In this document: positions 1-15,304 of the stretch, piece by piece | Numbering within the stretch: position 1 is the stretch's first letter | How the letters are laid out: every line of letters starts with the position of its first letter | NCBI GenBank assembly: GCA_964016885.1 | Contig: OZ024743.1 | Coordinates: forward strand, 63,116,001-63,180,000 | Reading direction: 5' to 3' | DNA from: Eledone cirrhosa | Taxonomy: Eukaryota | Length of the DNA stretch: 64,000 nucleotides | Notes under the pieces: model-generated | Told to the model about the DNA's origin: nothing | Seen by the model: only the letters and a program-made list of their open reading frames with translations | The model's database searches: none | Program-made: the position numbers and the translations under genes

Positions 1-362
1 CAGCCAGCGACTTGAAAACTCTGGTACAAACACTACACTTGTGACAATTATTGACACAGTGCTGGGCCCATGGTACCATGTGACGACAAGGGCAAAGAGA
101 TCTCCAGATATAAAGCAATGCCTGTGCCGTGAAGCTTTTATAGTGAGCAAAGACACTGCACAAAGCCAGTCCCACTCTCTTAACCAAGATGATATTTACC
201 AAAAAGAAGAACAAGTCAACATCATTGGATACCATCAGGGTTGCAGGTGTTATATCAGAGTTTTCCTTCTCCTAGAATTCTGCCTTGACAAAGGCTAAGG
301 GGTCATCTCTCCCGGTGATTTTGGATGGCCATTGACTCTTAAGAGCTCCTTTGCCCTTTGAC
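1..362 (-). mobile_element. Partial copy of a non-coding repeat resembling an RTE-type 5' UTR
   Basis: Near-identical to 2134-2496; ends at a TA microsatellite. Confidence 0.55.
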
Positions 363-514
363 TTATACATACATATATATATATACATACATATATATAT
401 ATGTACATACATACATATATACATATATATATATATACATATATATACATATATATACATATATACATATACATATATATACATATATATACATATATAC
501 ATATACATATATAC

Positions 515-547
<33 letters not shown>

Positions 548-583
548 CATATACATACATATATATACATACATACATATATA

Positions 584-651
<68 letters not shown>

Positions 652-708
652 CATATATATATATATATACATACATATATATACATATATATACATACAT
701 ATATATAC

Positions 709-770
<62 letters not shown>

Positions 771-968
771 GTATATATACATATATGTATATATACATAC
801 ATATACATATATATATACATACATATATATATATACATACATATATACATACATATATATATATATACATATATATACATACATATATATATACATATAT
901 ACATACATATATATATGCATATATATATACATATATATATATACATACATATATATATATATACATAC
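363..968. repeat. (TA)n/(TACA)n compound microsatellite
   Basis: Seen directly. Confidence 0.97.
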
Positions 969-1611
969 ATATCATCATCATCATCTTCATCATCAGTTTT
1001 ACCGTCCGTGTTCCACGCTTGCATGGGTTTGGACGGGGGTTTTCCCACTTGAGGCAAGAGTGGTTGTCTTGCTCGCATAGGACTGTCTGGCGGGTTTTCT
1101 ACAGTTGGATGCCCTTCCTAACACCAACCACATTTACAGTGTGGGGCTGGGAGGTTTTTACCGTGTTGCCTACACGGCCACATTACAGCGTGGACTGTCT
1201 GGCGGGTTTTCTACAGCTGAAATGCCCTTCCTAACACCAACCACATTTACAGTGTGGGGCTGGGAGGTTTTTACCGTGTTGCCTACACGGCCACATTTAC
1301 AGCGTGGACTGTGTGTTTTTTTGTCGTGACACCTACACGATCTCATTTGTTTCGGCCTGGATGTTGTGGGACCAACATAACTTTACATTGAAAGGGGCGG
1401 TGTGGATGGGGTGGAGGTGGTGGGACGGGGGTGTGTTTTGATAGAGATGCCTACTGACTATAGTAGGTTTTTACTTTGTATTTAGGTAAGGCGGGTCTTC
1501 TCTATTACTGAGTACCGCCAAAGGTCTCGGTCCAGTGACATTGTCTTGGAGAGGTGTAAGCGTGTGAGGTTGGAATTTATCAGCTCGTCCCATGTTTTTC
1601 TGGGTCTGCCT
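969..1611 (-). mobile_element. 5'-truncated RTE LINE 3' end with (TGA)n tail
   Basis: [11 protein letters not shown]...DRDLWR C-terminus, 3' UTR matching 3640-4022, internal duplication of about 115 bp. Confidence 0.85.
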
Positions 1612-1647
1612 ATATATACATATATACACATACATATATATACATAC

Positions 1648-1685
<38 letters not shown>

Positions 1686-1917
1686 ATACATACATATATA
1701 TATATACATATATATATATACATATATATATATACATATATATATATACATATATATATATACATATATATATATACATATATATATATACATATATATA
1801 TATACATATATATATATACATATATATATATACATATATATATATACATATATATATATACATATATATATATACATATATATATATACATATATATATA
1901 TACATATATATATATAC

Positions 1918-2012
<95 letters not shown>

Positions 2013-2038
2013 CATACATATATACATACATAAATATA
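1612..2038. repeat. (TA)nCA microsatellite
   Basis: Seen directly. Confidence 0.97.
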
Positions 2039-2590
2039 TGGTGGCTGCCAACTCGTTTTCGAGTACGGCCACTACTTTATATCCATGTAGGAGAACCCCT
2101 ACCGAAGCGCTGAACGAGTGAGACTTTTTAGTCCAGCCAGCGACTTGAAAACTCTGGTACAAACACTACACTTGTGACAATTATTGACACATAGTGCTGT
2201 GCCCATGGTACCATGTGAGGACAAGTGCAGAGAGATCTCCAGATATAAAGCAATGCCTGTGCCGTGAAGCTTTTATAGTGAGCAAAGGCACTGCACAAAG
2301 CCAGTCCCACTCTCTTAACCAAGATGATATTTACCAAAAAGAAGAACAAGTCAACATCATTGGATACCATCAGGGTTGCAGGTGTTATATCAGAGTTTTC
2401 CTTCTCCTAGAATTCTGCCTTGACAAAGGCTAAGGGGTCATCTCTCCCGGTGATTTTGGATGGCCATTGACTCTTAAGAGCTCCTTTGCCCTTTGACAGG
2501 TTTTGTTTTTAGTCCTGCAGGATGTCCAAAGTCACCCTCCTCACCAAGAAACCTTGGTGGGGTTGCCAGTTTAGTCGCCAACGACCCGAC
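2039..2590 (-). mobile_element. Non-coding repeat resembling an RTE-type 5' UTR, lying in microsatellite
   Basis: Duplicate of 1-362; minus strand carries GGCGACTAAAC and CTAGGAGAAGGAAAACTC motifs that I associate with RTE-clade 5' UTRs; TA tracts on both sides. Confidence 0.5.
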
Positions 2591-2602
2591 ATATATATAT
2601 AC

Positions 2603-2651
<49 letters not shown>

Positions 2652-2732
2652 CATATATATACATACATATACATATATATACATATACATATATATACAT
2701 ATACATACATATACATATATACATATATATAC

Positions 2733-2767
<35 letters not shown>

Positions 2768-2833
2768 CATATATGCATATATATATATATACATACATAT
2801 ATGCATATATATATACATACATATATATATACA

Positions 2834-4022
2834 TATCGGTCCCTTCTGGGAAATGGTCATGCTCAGTGTGTAGGAAAGGCGTAGGTAGAAACTCCATTTT
2901 ATGTCCTAAATGCAAAGTATGGGCGCATAAAAGATGTAGTGGGATCACAGGTAAGCTAACTAAGAACATAGATTTTACATGGCTCTGGTGCAATAAGTAG
3001 CAGCAAGTGCCCATAAAATACTAGCTCTTTCAACTGTGCAGAGGGCTCTATAGAAATAGTGGACAGCTTCCGTTACCTGGGTGACAAAATCAGCAGTGGG
3101 GGAGGGTGCTCTGAAAGTACAGTAGCTAGAGTCAGAACTGGATGGAAAAAGTTCAGAGAGCTTATACCACTATTAGCCGTTAAAGGGTTCTCCCTAAAAA
3201 TGAAAGGCAGGTTGTATGATGCCTGCATACGAACAGCAATGTTGCATGGCAGTGAGACCTGGGCATTGTGTGCAGAGGATATACGCAGACTAGAGAGGAA
3301 AGAAGCTTGCATGTTCCGCTGGATGTGTAATAGTAATATACGTGAACGGCAAAGCATAAACGAACTAAGGAAAAAATTAGAAATAAGAGGGATCAGATGT
3401 TGTTTACTCGAGAGAAGGCTACGTTGGCATGGACACGTGATGCGCATGAAAGTCGATAGCTGTATAACAAAGTGCCGGTCAATAAAGATAGACGGTAGCC
3501 ACGGAATAGGCAGACCTAGAAAAACCTGGGACGAGCTGATAAACCCCGACCTCACACACTTACACCTCTCCAAGACAATGTCACTGGACCGAGACCTTTG
3601 GCGGTACTCAGTCATAGAGAAGACCCGCCTTACCTAAATACATAGTAAAACCTACTACAGTCAGTAGGCATCTCTAACAAAATACACCCCCGTCCCACCA
3701 CCACCACCCCATCCACACCGCCCCCTTCTATGTAAAGTTATGTTGGTGCCACACCATCGAGGCCGAAACAAATGAGATCGTGTAGGTGTCACGACAAAAA
3801 AAACACACAGTCCACGCTGTAATGTGGCCGTGTAGGCAACACGGTAAAAACCTCCCAGACCCACACTGTAAATGTGGTTGGTGTTAGGAAGGGCATCCAA
3901 CTGTAGAAAACCTGCCAGACAGTCCTATGCGAGCAAGACAATCACTCTTGCCTCAAGTGGGAAAACCCCCGTCCAAACCCTTGCAAGCGTGGAACACGGA
4001 CGTTAAACGTTGATGATGATGA
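2834..4022 (+). mobile_element. 5'-truncated RTE LINE (zinc finger, RT C-terminus, 3' UTR)
   Basis: CSVC..CPKC..HKRC finger, DSFRYLG, LHGSETW, RRLRWHGHVMRM, GRPRKTW; (TGA)n tail. Confidence 0.9.
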
Positions 4023-7518
<3,496 letters not shown>

Positions 7519-10500
7519 CATCATCATCATTTTACGTCAGCTTTTCCCTGCTTGCAAGGGTGGGATGGGTCTTATTCAGCACAGCATCTCTCCACTCGTC
7601 ACGGTCCCTCGTCATCTCCACCGTGAGCTTCAATGATCTGAAGTCTGTTCTCACCACCTCCGCCCATGTTTTTCGTGGTCTACCTCTACCACGTCTTCCT
7701 TCAACTGGCATTTCCTGGCACTTCTTCACCCATCGGTCATCCTCCATGCGCATCACATGTCCGTACCACCTCAGTCTCCTCTCCCGTACACTACATTCTA
7801 TCCCTCTCAGACACAGTTTCTCTCTCAACACATTTATGCTGGGTCGTTCACGCACATTTACACTGCACATCCAACGGAGCATGCTTGCCTCATTTCTCTC
7901 CAGCCGTCGCCCATGTCTCGCTACCATGCAGCATCGCACTCCTCACACAGGCATCATACAACTGACCTTTCGTACGCAGGGAGAAACCCTTCTTTGTCAA
8001 CAGAGGAAGCAGCTCCCTAAACTTCTTCCAACCCGTCCTTATTCTAGATACTATGGCCTCGGAACACCCTCCTCCCATGCTAATCAGATCTCCTAGGTAC
8101 CGGAAGCTATCCACCACTTCTATAGCGCCCTCTTGCATTTGAAAAATGTCTAATTTCCCTGTACATCTACTGCATACATATTTCTCCCTACCTGTTAGTT
8201 TGCCTGCTATCCCGCTACATCTCTTGTGTACCCAGGATCTGCATTGTGTGCATTTTATAGAATTTATGCCAGTTCCTTTTCTGCATATCGAACATGGCCA
8301 TTTCTAGGCGGAATCAGGGTTTTGTCCTCTTTTCTACTCATCAACACTTTTGTCTTAGCTAGATTCACTCTCAGTCCTCTTGCTTCCAACTGCTGTTTCC
8401 ATAGCCAGAATTTATTCTCTAGCTCCTCTACTGATTCTGCTATAAGAACCAGATCGTCAGCATAGAGAAGTTCCCATGGACAGCCAGTCTTAAACTCCTC
8501 TGTTATGGCTTGGAGGACTATAATGAACAACAGCGGGCTGAGAACTGAACCCTGATGTACTCCTACTTTTATCTGGAATTCCTCACTAAACTCCATTCCT
8601 ACCCTGACTTTACTGAGAGTACCTCTGTACAAAGTTTGCACTGTCCTCACAAGCCATTCCTCAACACCTAGCTTCCTTAGGGACCACCAGATGACAGATC
8701 GGGGTACCCTATCAAAGGCCTTCTCTAGGTCAACAAAGGCTAAGTATAGTGGCTTATTCTTCTCTAAGAACCTCTCTTGCATTTGTCTCACCAAGAAGAG
8801 GGCATCTGTTGTACTCTTCCCAGGCACAAAACCAAACTGCATCTCATCCAGTTTGACCCTTTCTCTAATTAGTTGTGCTAAAATCCTTTCTGCCACTTTC
8901 ATAACCTGATCTATCAGTTTATACCCCTATAATTGCTCCTCTCCAAAGCATCCCCTTTACCTTTGTAGCAATTTATGAGAATACTGCTGCACCAGTCCTT
9001 GGGTATGACACCATCATATATAGCCTGATTGATGATGCGTGCAACCAGTTTAGTGCCTACGTCCCCTGATGCCTTCAGCATCTCAGCAACTATTCCCGAT
9101 GGTCCGGCCGCCTTACCATTTTTCATTTCCCTAATCGCCTCTTGGACCCTATATTCGTCAATCTCAATAGCTGGTCCGTCTGTCGGATCTACCAAGGGTA
9201 ATTTCTCTCTCTCCCATTCGTTCTCCACATTCATCAGTCTCTCATAATGACATTTCCAGGCCTCCTTTTTCTGATCATTCGTGACACTAAGTACACCGGC
9301 ATCATTCCGGACACATTTATCTCCAACAACATCCTGATTTGCATTGACACACTGCCTTGCAATGTGGAACACCGCACGCCTCTGATCTTCCCGTCGCAAA
9401 ACATTGGCAAACCTTCTACTCTCTGCCTCCCTGCGTGCTAAGTACACCTGACGTCTCGCTTCTCTCTTAGTGGCTGTATATTCTTCCCTACTCCCACCCC
9501 TTCCATGCTAGTCTTTTGTCTCTAATAGCCTTATCTACTGTGCTGTTCCACCACCAGGTCACTCTCTGTCTGGTTGGAGCTCTGCTCCAGCCACAGGTTT
9601 CATCAGTAGTCTGCAGCAAGTTGTCACGTAAGAACTTCCAGTTATTATCTATGTCATACGTCTCTAAATCGTCTTCTTTTTCGTCATATACATCTTGAAG
9701 GGCTTTCCTAAATTTGTATTTTAGTGAAAGGTCTTTTAGCTTCCAGACCTTTCTTCTCCACACCTTCCTATATGTCTCATTCCATCTCTTGCTTACTGAG
9801 ATATCACTAACAACTAACCTATGCTGTGGGGTACATTCTTCCCCAGGGTATGCCTTGGTATTAGACACTATCTGCCTGTCCCGCTGCCTAACTAGCAGGA
9901 AGTCAATCTGGCTTATGTGCTCACCAGATTTGTAGGTTATTAGGTGATTGGCAGGTTTCTGGAAGTTTGTGTTGCAAATAGTCAATGTACTCGCATCACA
10001 AAATTCAAGAAGTCTCACTCCTTCATTTCTTGAACCATAACCGTGCCCACCATGCACCCCAGTGTAACCATCCTGGAGCTGTCCAACATGACCATTGAAG
10101 TCTCCTGCTAGCATAACGATGTCTCCGTCCTCTGTCATTGTGGTTGTTTGCAAAAGTTGCTCATAAAAGCAGTCTTTCTCATCTTTGCCTAGGCCTGCTT
10201 GGGGAGCATAGACCGAGATGATTGTCAGTAGTCTCCTACCTACAACTAATCTAAGCTTAATTATTCGATTACTAACTCGAACTACCTCTATTGTCTTATT
10301 GATCCATTTCTCAGCCAGGAAAATGCCTACTCCCCCTAACCCATCATCCTTACCTACCCAGAATAGCTTATAGCTAAGACGCTTGCCTACGACTAGTCTC
10401 GCAGAGGCACCTCTCCATCTCACCTCTTGCACGCAGCACACATCCACCTGCCTTCTCTCCAGCATCTCCGCTATTTCAGCAGATCTACCTCTGAGAGTGC

Positions 10501-10728
10501 CAACATTAAGTGTTGCAACTCTGAGATGCGACGGCTTCATATTTTGTTGTTGTCCCTATTTGTTGCTGTGCTGATAAGCATTTTGGCATTGATACACTGG
10601 TTGGATGCCCTTCCTAACACCAGCGCCACTTTACAGCATGGACTGGGTGCTTTTATTTGTGCCACCAGCACTAGAGAGGATGTCTTACTAGACTCAAGGG
10701 CCCTCTCTACCCCTCCATTTTACAGCAG
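7519..10728 (-). mobile_element. Near-full-length RTE-clade LINE (APE endonuclease + RT), frameshifted
   Basis: ATG at 10540; [36 protein letters not shown] (APE); QFGF, FVDLEKAFD, GVHQGSVLSP, YADD (RT); frameshifts near 9500, 8920, 8300 and 7910; (TGA)n tail. Confidence 0.95.
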
Positions 10729-11107
10729 CATACATATATATATACATATACATATATATATATACATATACATACATATATACATATACATACATATATA
10801 CATATACATACATATATACATATACATACATATATATACATATATACACATACATATAAATACATACATATATATATATATATACATATACATACATATA
10901 TACATATACATACATATATATACATATATATATACATACATAAAAATACATACATATATATATATACATATACATACATATATACATATACATATATATA
11001 CATATACATATTACATATTACATATATATACATATTACATATATATACATATTACATATATATACATATTACATATATATACATATACATATATATACAT
11101 ACACATA
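10729..11107. repeat. (TA/CA) compound microsatellite
   Basis: Seen directly. Confidence 0.95.
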
Positions 11108-11246
11108 TATTAAAATAACAGATTAAAGTTCAATCAAAGAATCGCTGCTTTCACCCTTAACAGGATGTTCTGAAACTGTTTCAGAAGATCCCATTAAGGG
11201 TGAAAGCAGCGATTCTTTGCTCAAACTTTAATCTGTTATTTTAATA
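11108..11246. repeat. 139-bp imperfect palindrome (fold-back)
   Basis: Arms mirror around position 11177. Confidence 0.9.
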
Positions 11247-11610
11247 AATATTTGCTCTACGGTTCTTATATATCTGATATATATTTATCCTTATCGAGCC
11301 CTCTTTGGATTTTAGTCTTCAAATTTATTATTATTACTATATACATATACATATATACATACATATATTAAAGGTATACATTGAGTTAGGAACTCAAAAT
11401 AGTCTCTTACAACAAAATAGCTCTAAGAAAGATATTTCTGAGCCGTATATTATAATGGAATATAAAAGAAAAGCGAACACAGATATATAGATGTGTTCAA
11501 GCCTGGCTGCTATTTCTAGTGGTGTGGGTTCATGAGACTCGCTAGGATGCCATGTGCGTTGTTTTATTTTTTATATATAGCATACATAGATGTGTCTAGG
11601 ATACTAATTC

Positions 11611-11685
11611 ATCACCCACTGATGAGCTTGGATTAGTATTTCTATTCACAATTAAGTTTGCGAAACAACAAGTTGTCTAAGTGAT
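11611..11685 (+). ncRNA. Hammerhead-ribozyme-like motif with degenerate stem I, probably a Penelope terminal-repeat relic
   Basis: ATCACCCA-CTGATGA-stem II-GAAA-CAACAAGTT-GTC-TAAGTGAT. Confidence 0.5.
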
Positions 11686-12036
11686 TGGTAGTTACCGCAA
11701 TTCCGGTTTGTATTTATTTTCTTAATTTTTTCTTAAATTGAGACAAGCGAACCCAATTGTCTATAGTTAGTATTCTTTTCACCTTAGCGAATCAGGTCCC
11801 TTACGATTTGAACACATATCTATATATCTGTGTTCGCTTTTCTTTTATAGTCTATTATAATGCATACATATACATATATATGGAGGAAATTGTAGTTTAC
11901 TTGAAGCATTGTGTAGTGAGGTATAAACATTTGGAGTTAGAAGGCCAGAACAATGCAGGTATGGATATAGAATATAAATACAAATGCAAAAGATATTGCT
12001 GACAATTAGTCTTTTACCTTAAATTTATTTGAATAT

Positions 12037-12071
12037 CCTTAATTTTCGAGGTAATATCTCTTCTTCAGAGG
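12037..12071 (-). ncRNA. Minimal type I hammerhead-like motif
   Basis: CCT-CTGAAGA-AGAGATATTACCTC-GAAA-ATTA-AGG. Confidence 0.5.
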
Positions 12072-12324
12072 GAAGTAAAGGGGTTAATCCAGTGTTCTAA
12101 TTAGTGTTCTAATTAGCTTGCCAAGTCATGCTGACAGGAAATAGTAAAGAAATTCCATTCTATTTCTAATGTCAATAGGTGGATAAAGGGGTTGTCTCCC
12201 TTTAAAAGGGTTTGGACATGCATGTCTAAGTGTGTGTGGGAGAATACGTGAAGGTGTAAGCATGCGAGAGACATGTGCCATATCCACTGTATATGTATGT
12301 ATACATATATATATATACGCTGTG

Positions 12325-12510
12325 TAGGTAACATGGTAAAAACCTCCCAGTTGACACTGTAAACATGGTTAGGAAGGGCATCCAGCTGTAGAAAACCTGC
12401 CAGACAGCCCTATATGAACGAGACGACCAATCTTGCCTCAAGTGGGACAATTCCCGTCTAAACCCATGCTAGCGTGGAAGATAGACGTTAAACGATGATG
12501 ATGATGATGA
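12325..12510 (+). mobile_element. Short RTE/SINE 3' tail fragment
   Basis: GTTAGGAAGGGCATCCAGC...CTTGCCTCAAGTGG...ACGTTAAACGATGATG, as in the RTE 3' UTRs in this window. Confidence 0.75.
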
Positions 12511-12849
12511 TATATATATATATATATATATGATGATGATATGTATATATATATATGTATAGTTATATATATGTATATATAAATATATATATGTATGATT
12601 TTGTCATTTATTTTGTCTGACCCGTTTAGCTTGACTTGTTTTTTGGCTTAGGTAGTTAATGCCTTCTTGACCACCTTCTCAGTTTGTATGGCATTTATAA
12701 CATATGTTTATTGCTCTGGTTTTTTAAACTATGGAGTGCTTGCCAGCATGACTCTGAATTTGCGTTACGTTTCACTTTTTCTACCCGCTGAAATGCGATT
12801 CTCGCTGAATTTTTATTTATATGTATATATATATATGATGCTGATGATG

Positions 12850-12885
<36 letters not shown>

Positions 12886-13163
12886 ATGATGATATGTATA
12901 AAATGAGTACCAGATTTGAAAAAATAAGTACTGGGGGCAATATGATTGTCTAAAACCCCTTTAAGGTGATATACCAGCATGGTTTATCCCCTTAAAAGTT
13001 TAGTAAAAGAATCTCATTCCTCCTCTCCTTATAAATTTGTGGCTTTGTGTCTCAGTAAGAAATCAATAGAGGAAACAAACAAACAAGCAGTGTCAACATT
13101 TGAACTTTCTTTTTAAAACCATAACATTTCATTGCTGTTGAATGTGATTCAATTAGTTAGATA

Positions 13164-13577
13164 TTAACTCTAAACATCCTGTACTGCATGAAAACACATT
13201 AGTAAGCTATTCTTGAAAAGTACAAAGCAGCACTGACTGCATCACATTAAAAATTAAAGTCTTTTACTCTAGTATTGTAATTTTTTGTAATGATTTGTCA
13301 ATCAATGAAGATACTACAAATACTTAAATTAACAAACCTCTTTTTAAACATTTTTGGCTAAATCATTACAGGATATTAAGAGTCAATTAACAGCCACACA
13401 AATTCAACATTATTTTTAGCATAATTGACTGCATCACATTAAATATTAAAGTTTTTACTTTAACATTGCATATTTTCACAATGATCTGTCCACTAGTAAA
13501 TACCCTACAAACATTTGAATAAACAACCCCATTTTTAGATAGTTTTTGCTAAATCATTACAGGATGTTAAGAGTTAA
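13164..13577. mobile_element. Two tandem copies of a MITE-like repeat (CTCTTAACATCCTG-like ends)
   Basis: Units end CAGGAT(G/A)TTAAGAG; related copies near 19800-19960 and 26920-27125. Confidence 0.5.
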
Positions 13578-14668
13578 TGATTAATCCCTTGGCGCTAGGA
13601 CACAAAGTTGTCCATTTTAATGTGTTTATATCTATATTTAGACCTATCATAATTTTATGTACGAATCTCTTGGGAGTTATATTTCTAAATGCAAATTGAA
13701 TATTGGAGAAGTTAGTTACTTTAAAAAAACTCCTCCAAGTTCTTGATTATTTTCAAATCATATTGAAACACATTGGCAGTGTATTTTATTAAAAATATGG
13801 TAATGAAAAAGTTAAGGACAATGTGAGAGGAGAAATTATTTATATTGCCTATGTATGAGAGACACACTCTCCATGCTATCAATGTTATCCAATTGAAAGG
13901 CTAATACAGCTTGGCATCAGTGATGTGACAGGCAAACTCCGAATTCAAAAGACCAAAAGAGTTACTGCAACACTTCACATCCGATGTTCTAATAATTCTG
14001 CCAATCAACTGCTCTGGACTTTTTACTTTATTTATTGACCTTGAAAGGACAAAAGACAAAGTTGACTGTGGCAGGATTTAAACAGAGTACAGACACCAGG
14101 AAAAAATACCAAAAAGCATTTTACTTCAATGCTTATAGGCTAGAGAATCATTGTACTTCACCTGCTAGTATAATCTAAATATGTTAAGTCGTATATTTTT
14201 AGAGATACATCCACTTGGATTGTGACTGAACTAAAACAAATAACTATTTTAAACCTTTCCATACTAAACCATCTGAAACCAATTATGTTTCTATGACTGT
14301 TTATTTTAAGATTTATCTAAAAAATTTTCATCACAATTTTATGTAAGAATCTTTAAGTTCCAAACAATGAGAAAGATTTATTACTAAATACCACCAAATT
14401 CTTGATTATTTTCATAATTATTTGAAAATCCTATACAGTGTCTTGGTAATGAAAAGCTTAATTTATAAACTTCTAAAAAACATAAAAGACTTTAAAAATT
14501 GCAATGAATTTGTATTTTTTTTTTTGTTAAAACTTAGGTCCACTGAATATGTATTTATATAGTTTCAATCACAACACGGCATTTACTCAAAAAAGGGGAT
14601 GTAAATTTGTTTTCTTAATAAAGTGAAGAATTGAAAACATTTTAACACAAAGAAAATAGATGCCATAC

Positions 14669-15012
14669 CTCATCGTCAGCATAATCATTTTCTGAATTTC
14701 CAATATCACCATTTTCTTGTTCATTTTCAGCATAGCCTCCATCAGATTCTAGTTGAGTACCTGGTCTCTCAATTGAAGAAGAATCGATGTCGTCAGAGTC
14801 ACCTGGTGTTAGCATCTGTGCCGGTTTTCTAATGGCCTCTGGATAGACTAATGTTTCAGAAAGCAAAAGAGGTTGACATTCCTTCGGTATTGTGTCTTCG
14901 ACTTCTTCTGGCTCGAGCTTGATTAGTTCTTCCGGTTCCTCAGCTTTTGTAGAAGACATATACGGTACAGAGACATAACTCTGCTCCCCAACTTGCTTGG
15001 ATATATTATTTT
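14669..15012 (-). CDS. scrib: Scribble-like acidic linker exon (last exon found; PDZ exons presumably lie beyond the window)
   Basis: gtctag / gtatgg; 344 nt, phase 1->0, open throughout: ENNISKQVGEQSYVSVPYMSSTKAEEPEE...ENDYADDE. Confidence 0.75.
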
Positions 15013-15304
15013 CTAGACAATTAGAAATAAAGAATTATAGGTAGGATGGTGGAAATAAAGCCTGAAGAGAAATGGAATAAGATGGTTGGGTTATATGTTG
15101 AGGAAGGATGAAAGTGACAGAATGTGAGAAGCGTTATGGAAATGAATGGGGAAGGAGATAGACGAATACGAAGAACATGAAATACATGGCTAAGGATGAT
15201 GTCGGAGGAAATGAAAGCCAGAGAGTTGGTGAGGAGAGAATATAACTAACTTTCATATTATACTGGAGTTTTGAACATAGCTTAACAAAGGTTCTTATAT
15301 AACA

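Noticed and set aside
41-298. Duplicated 79-85 aa ORF (also 2194-2433)
   Set aside because: Starts at GTG, has no recognisable domain and lies within a repeated element
3740-3910. Twister- or HDV-like ribozyme in the GTTAGGAAGGGCATCC module
   Set aside because: Could not assemble the required pairings or conserved cores by eye; left as an untested structure
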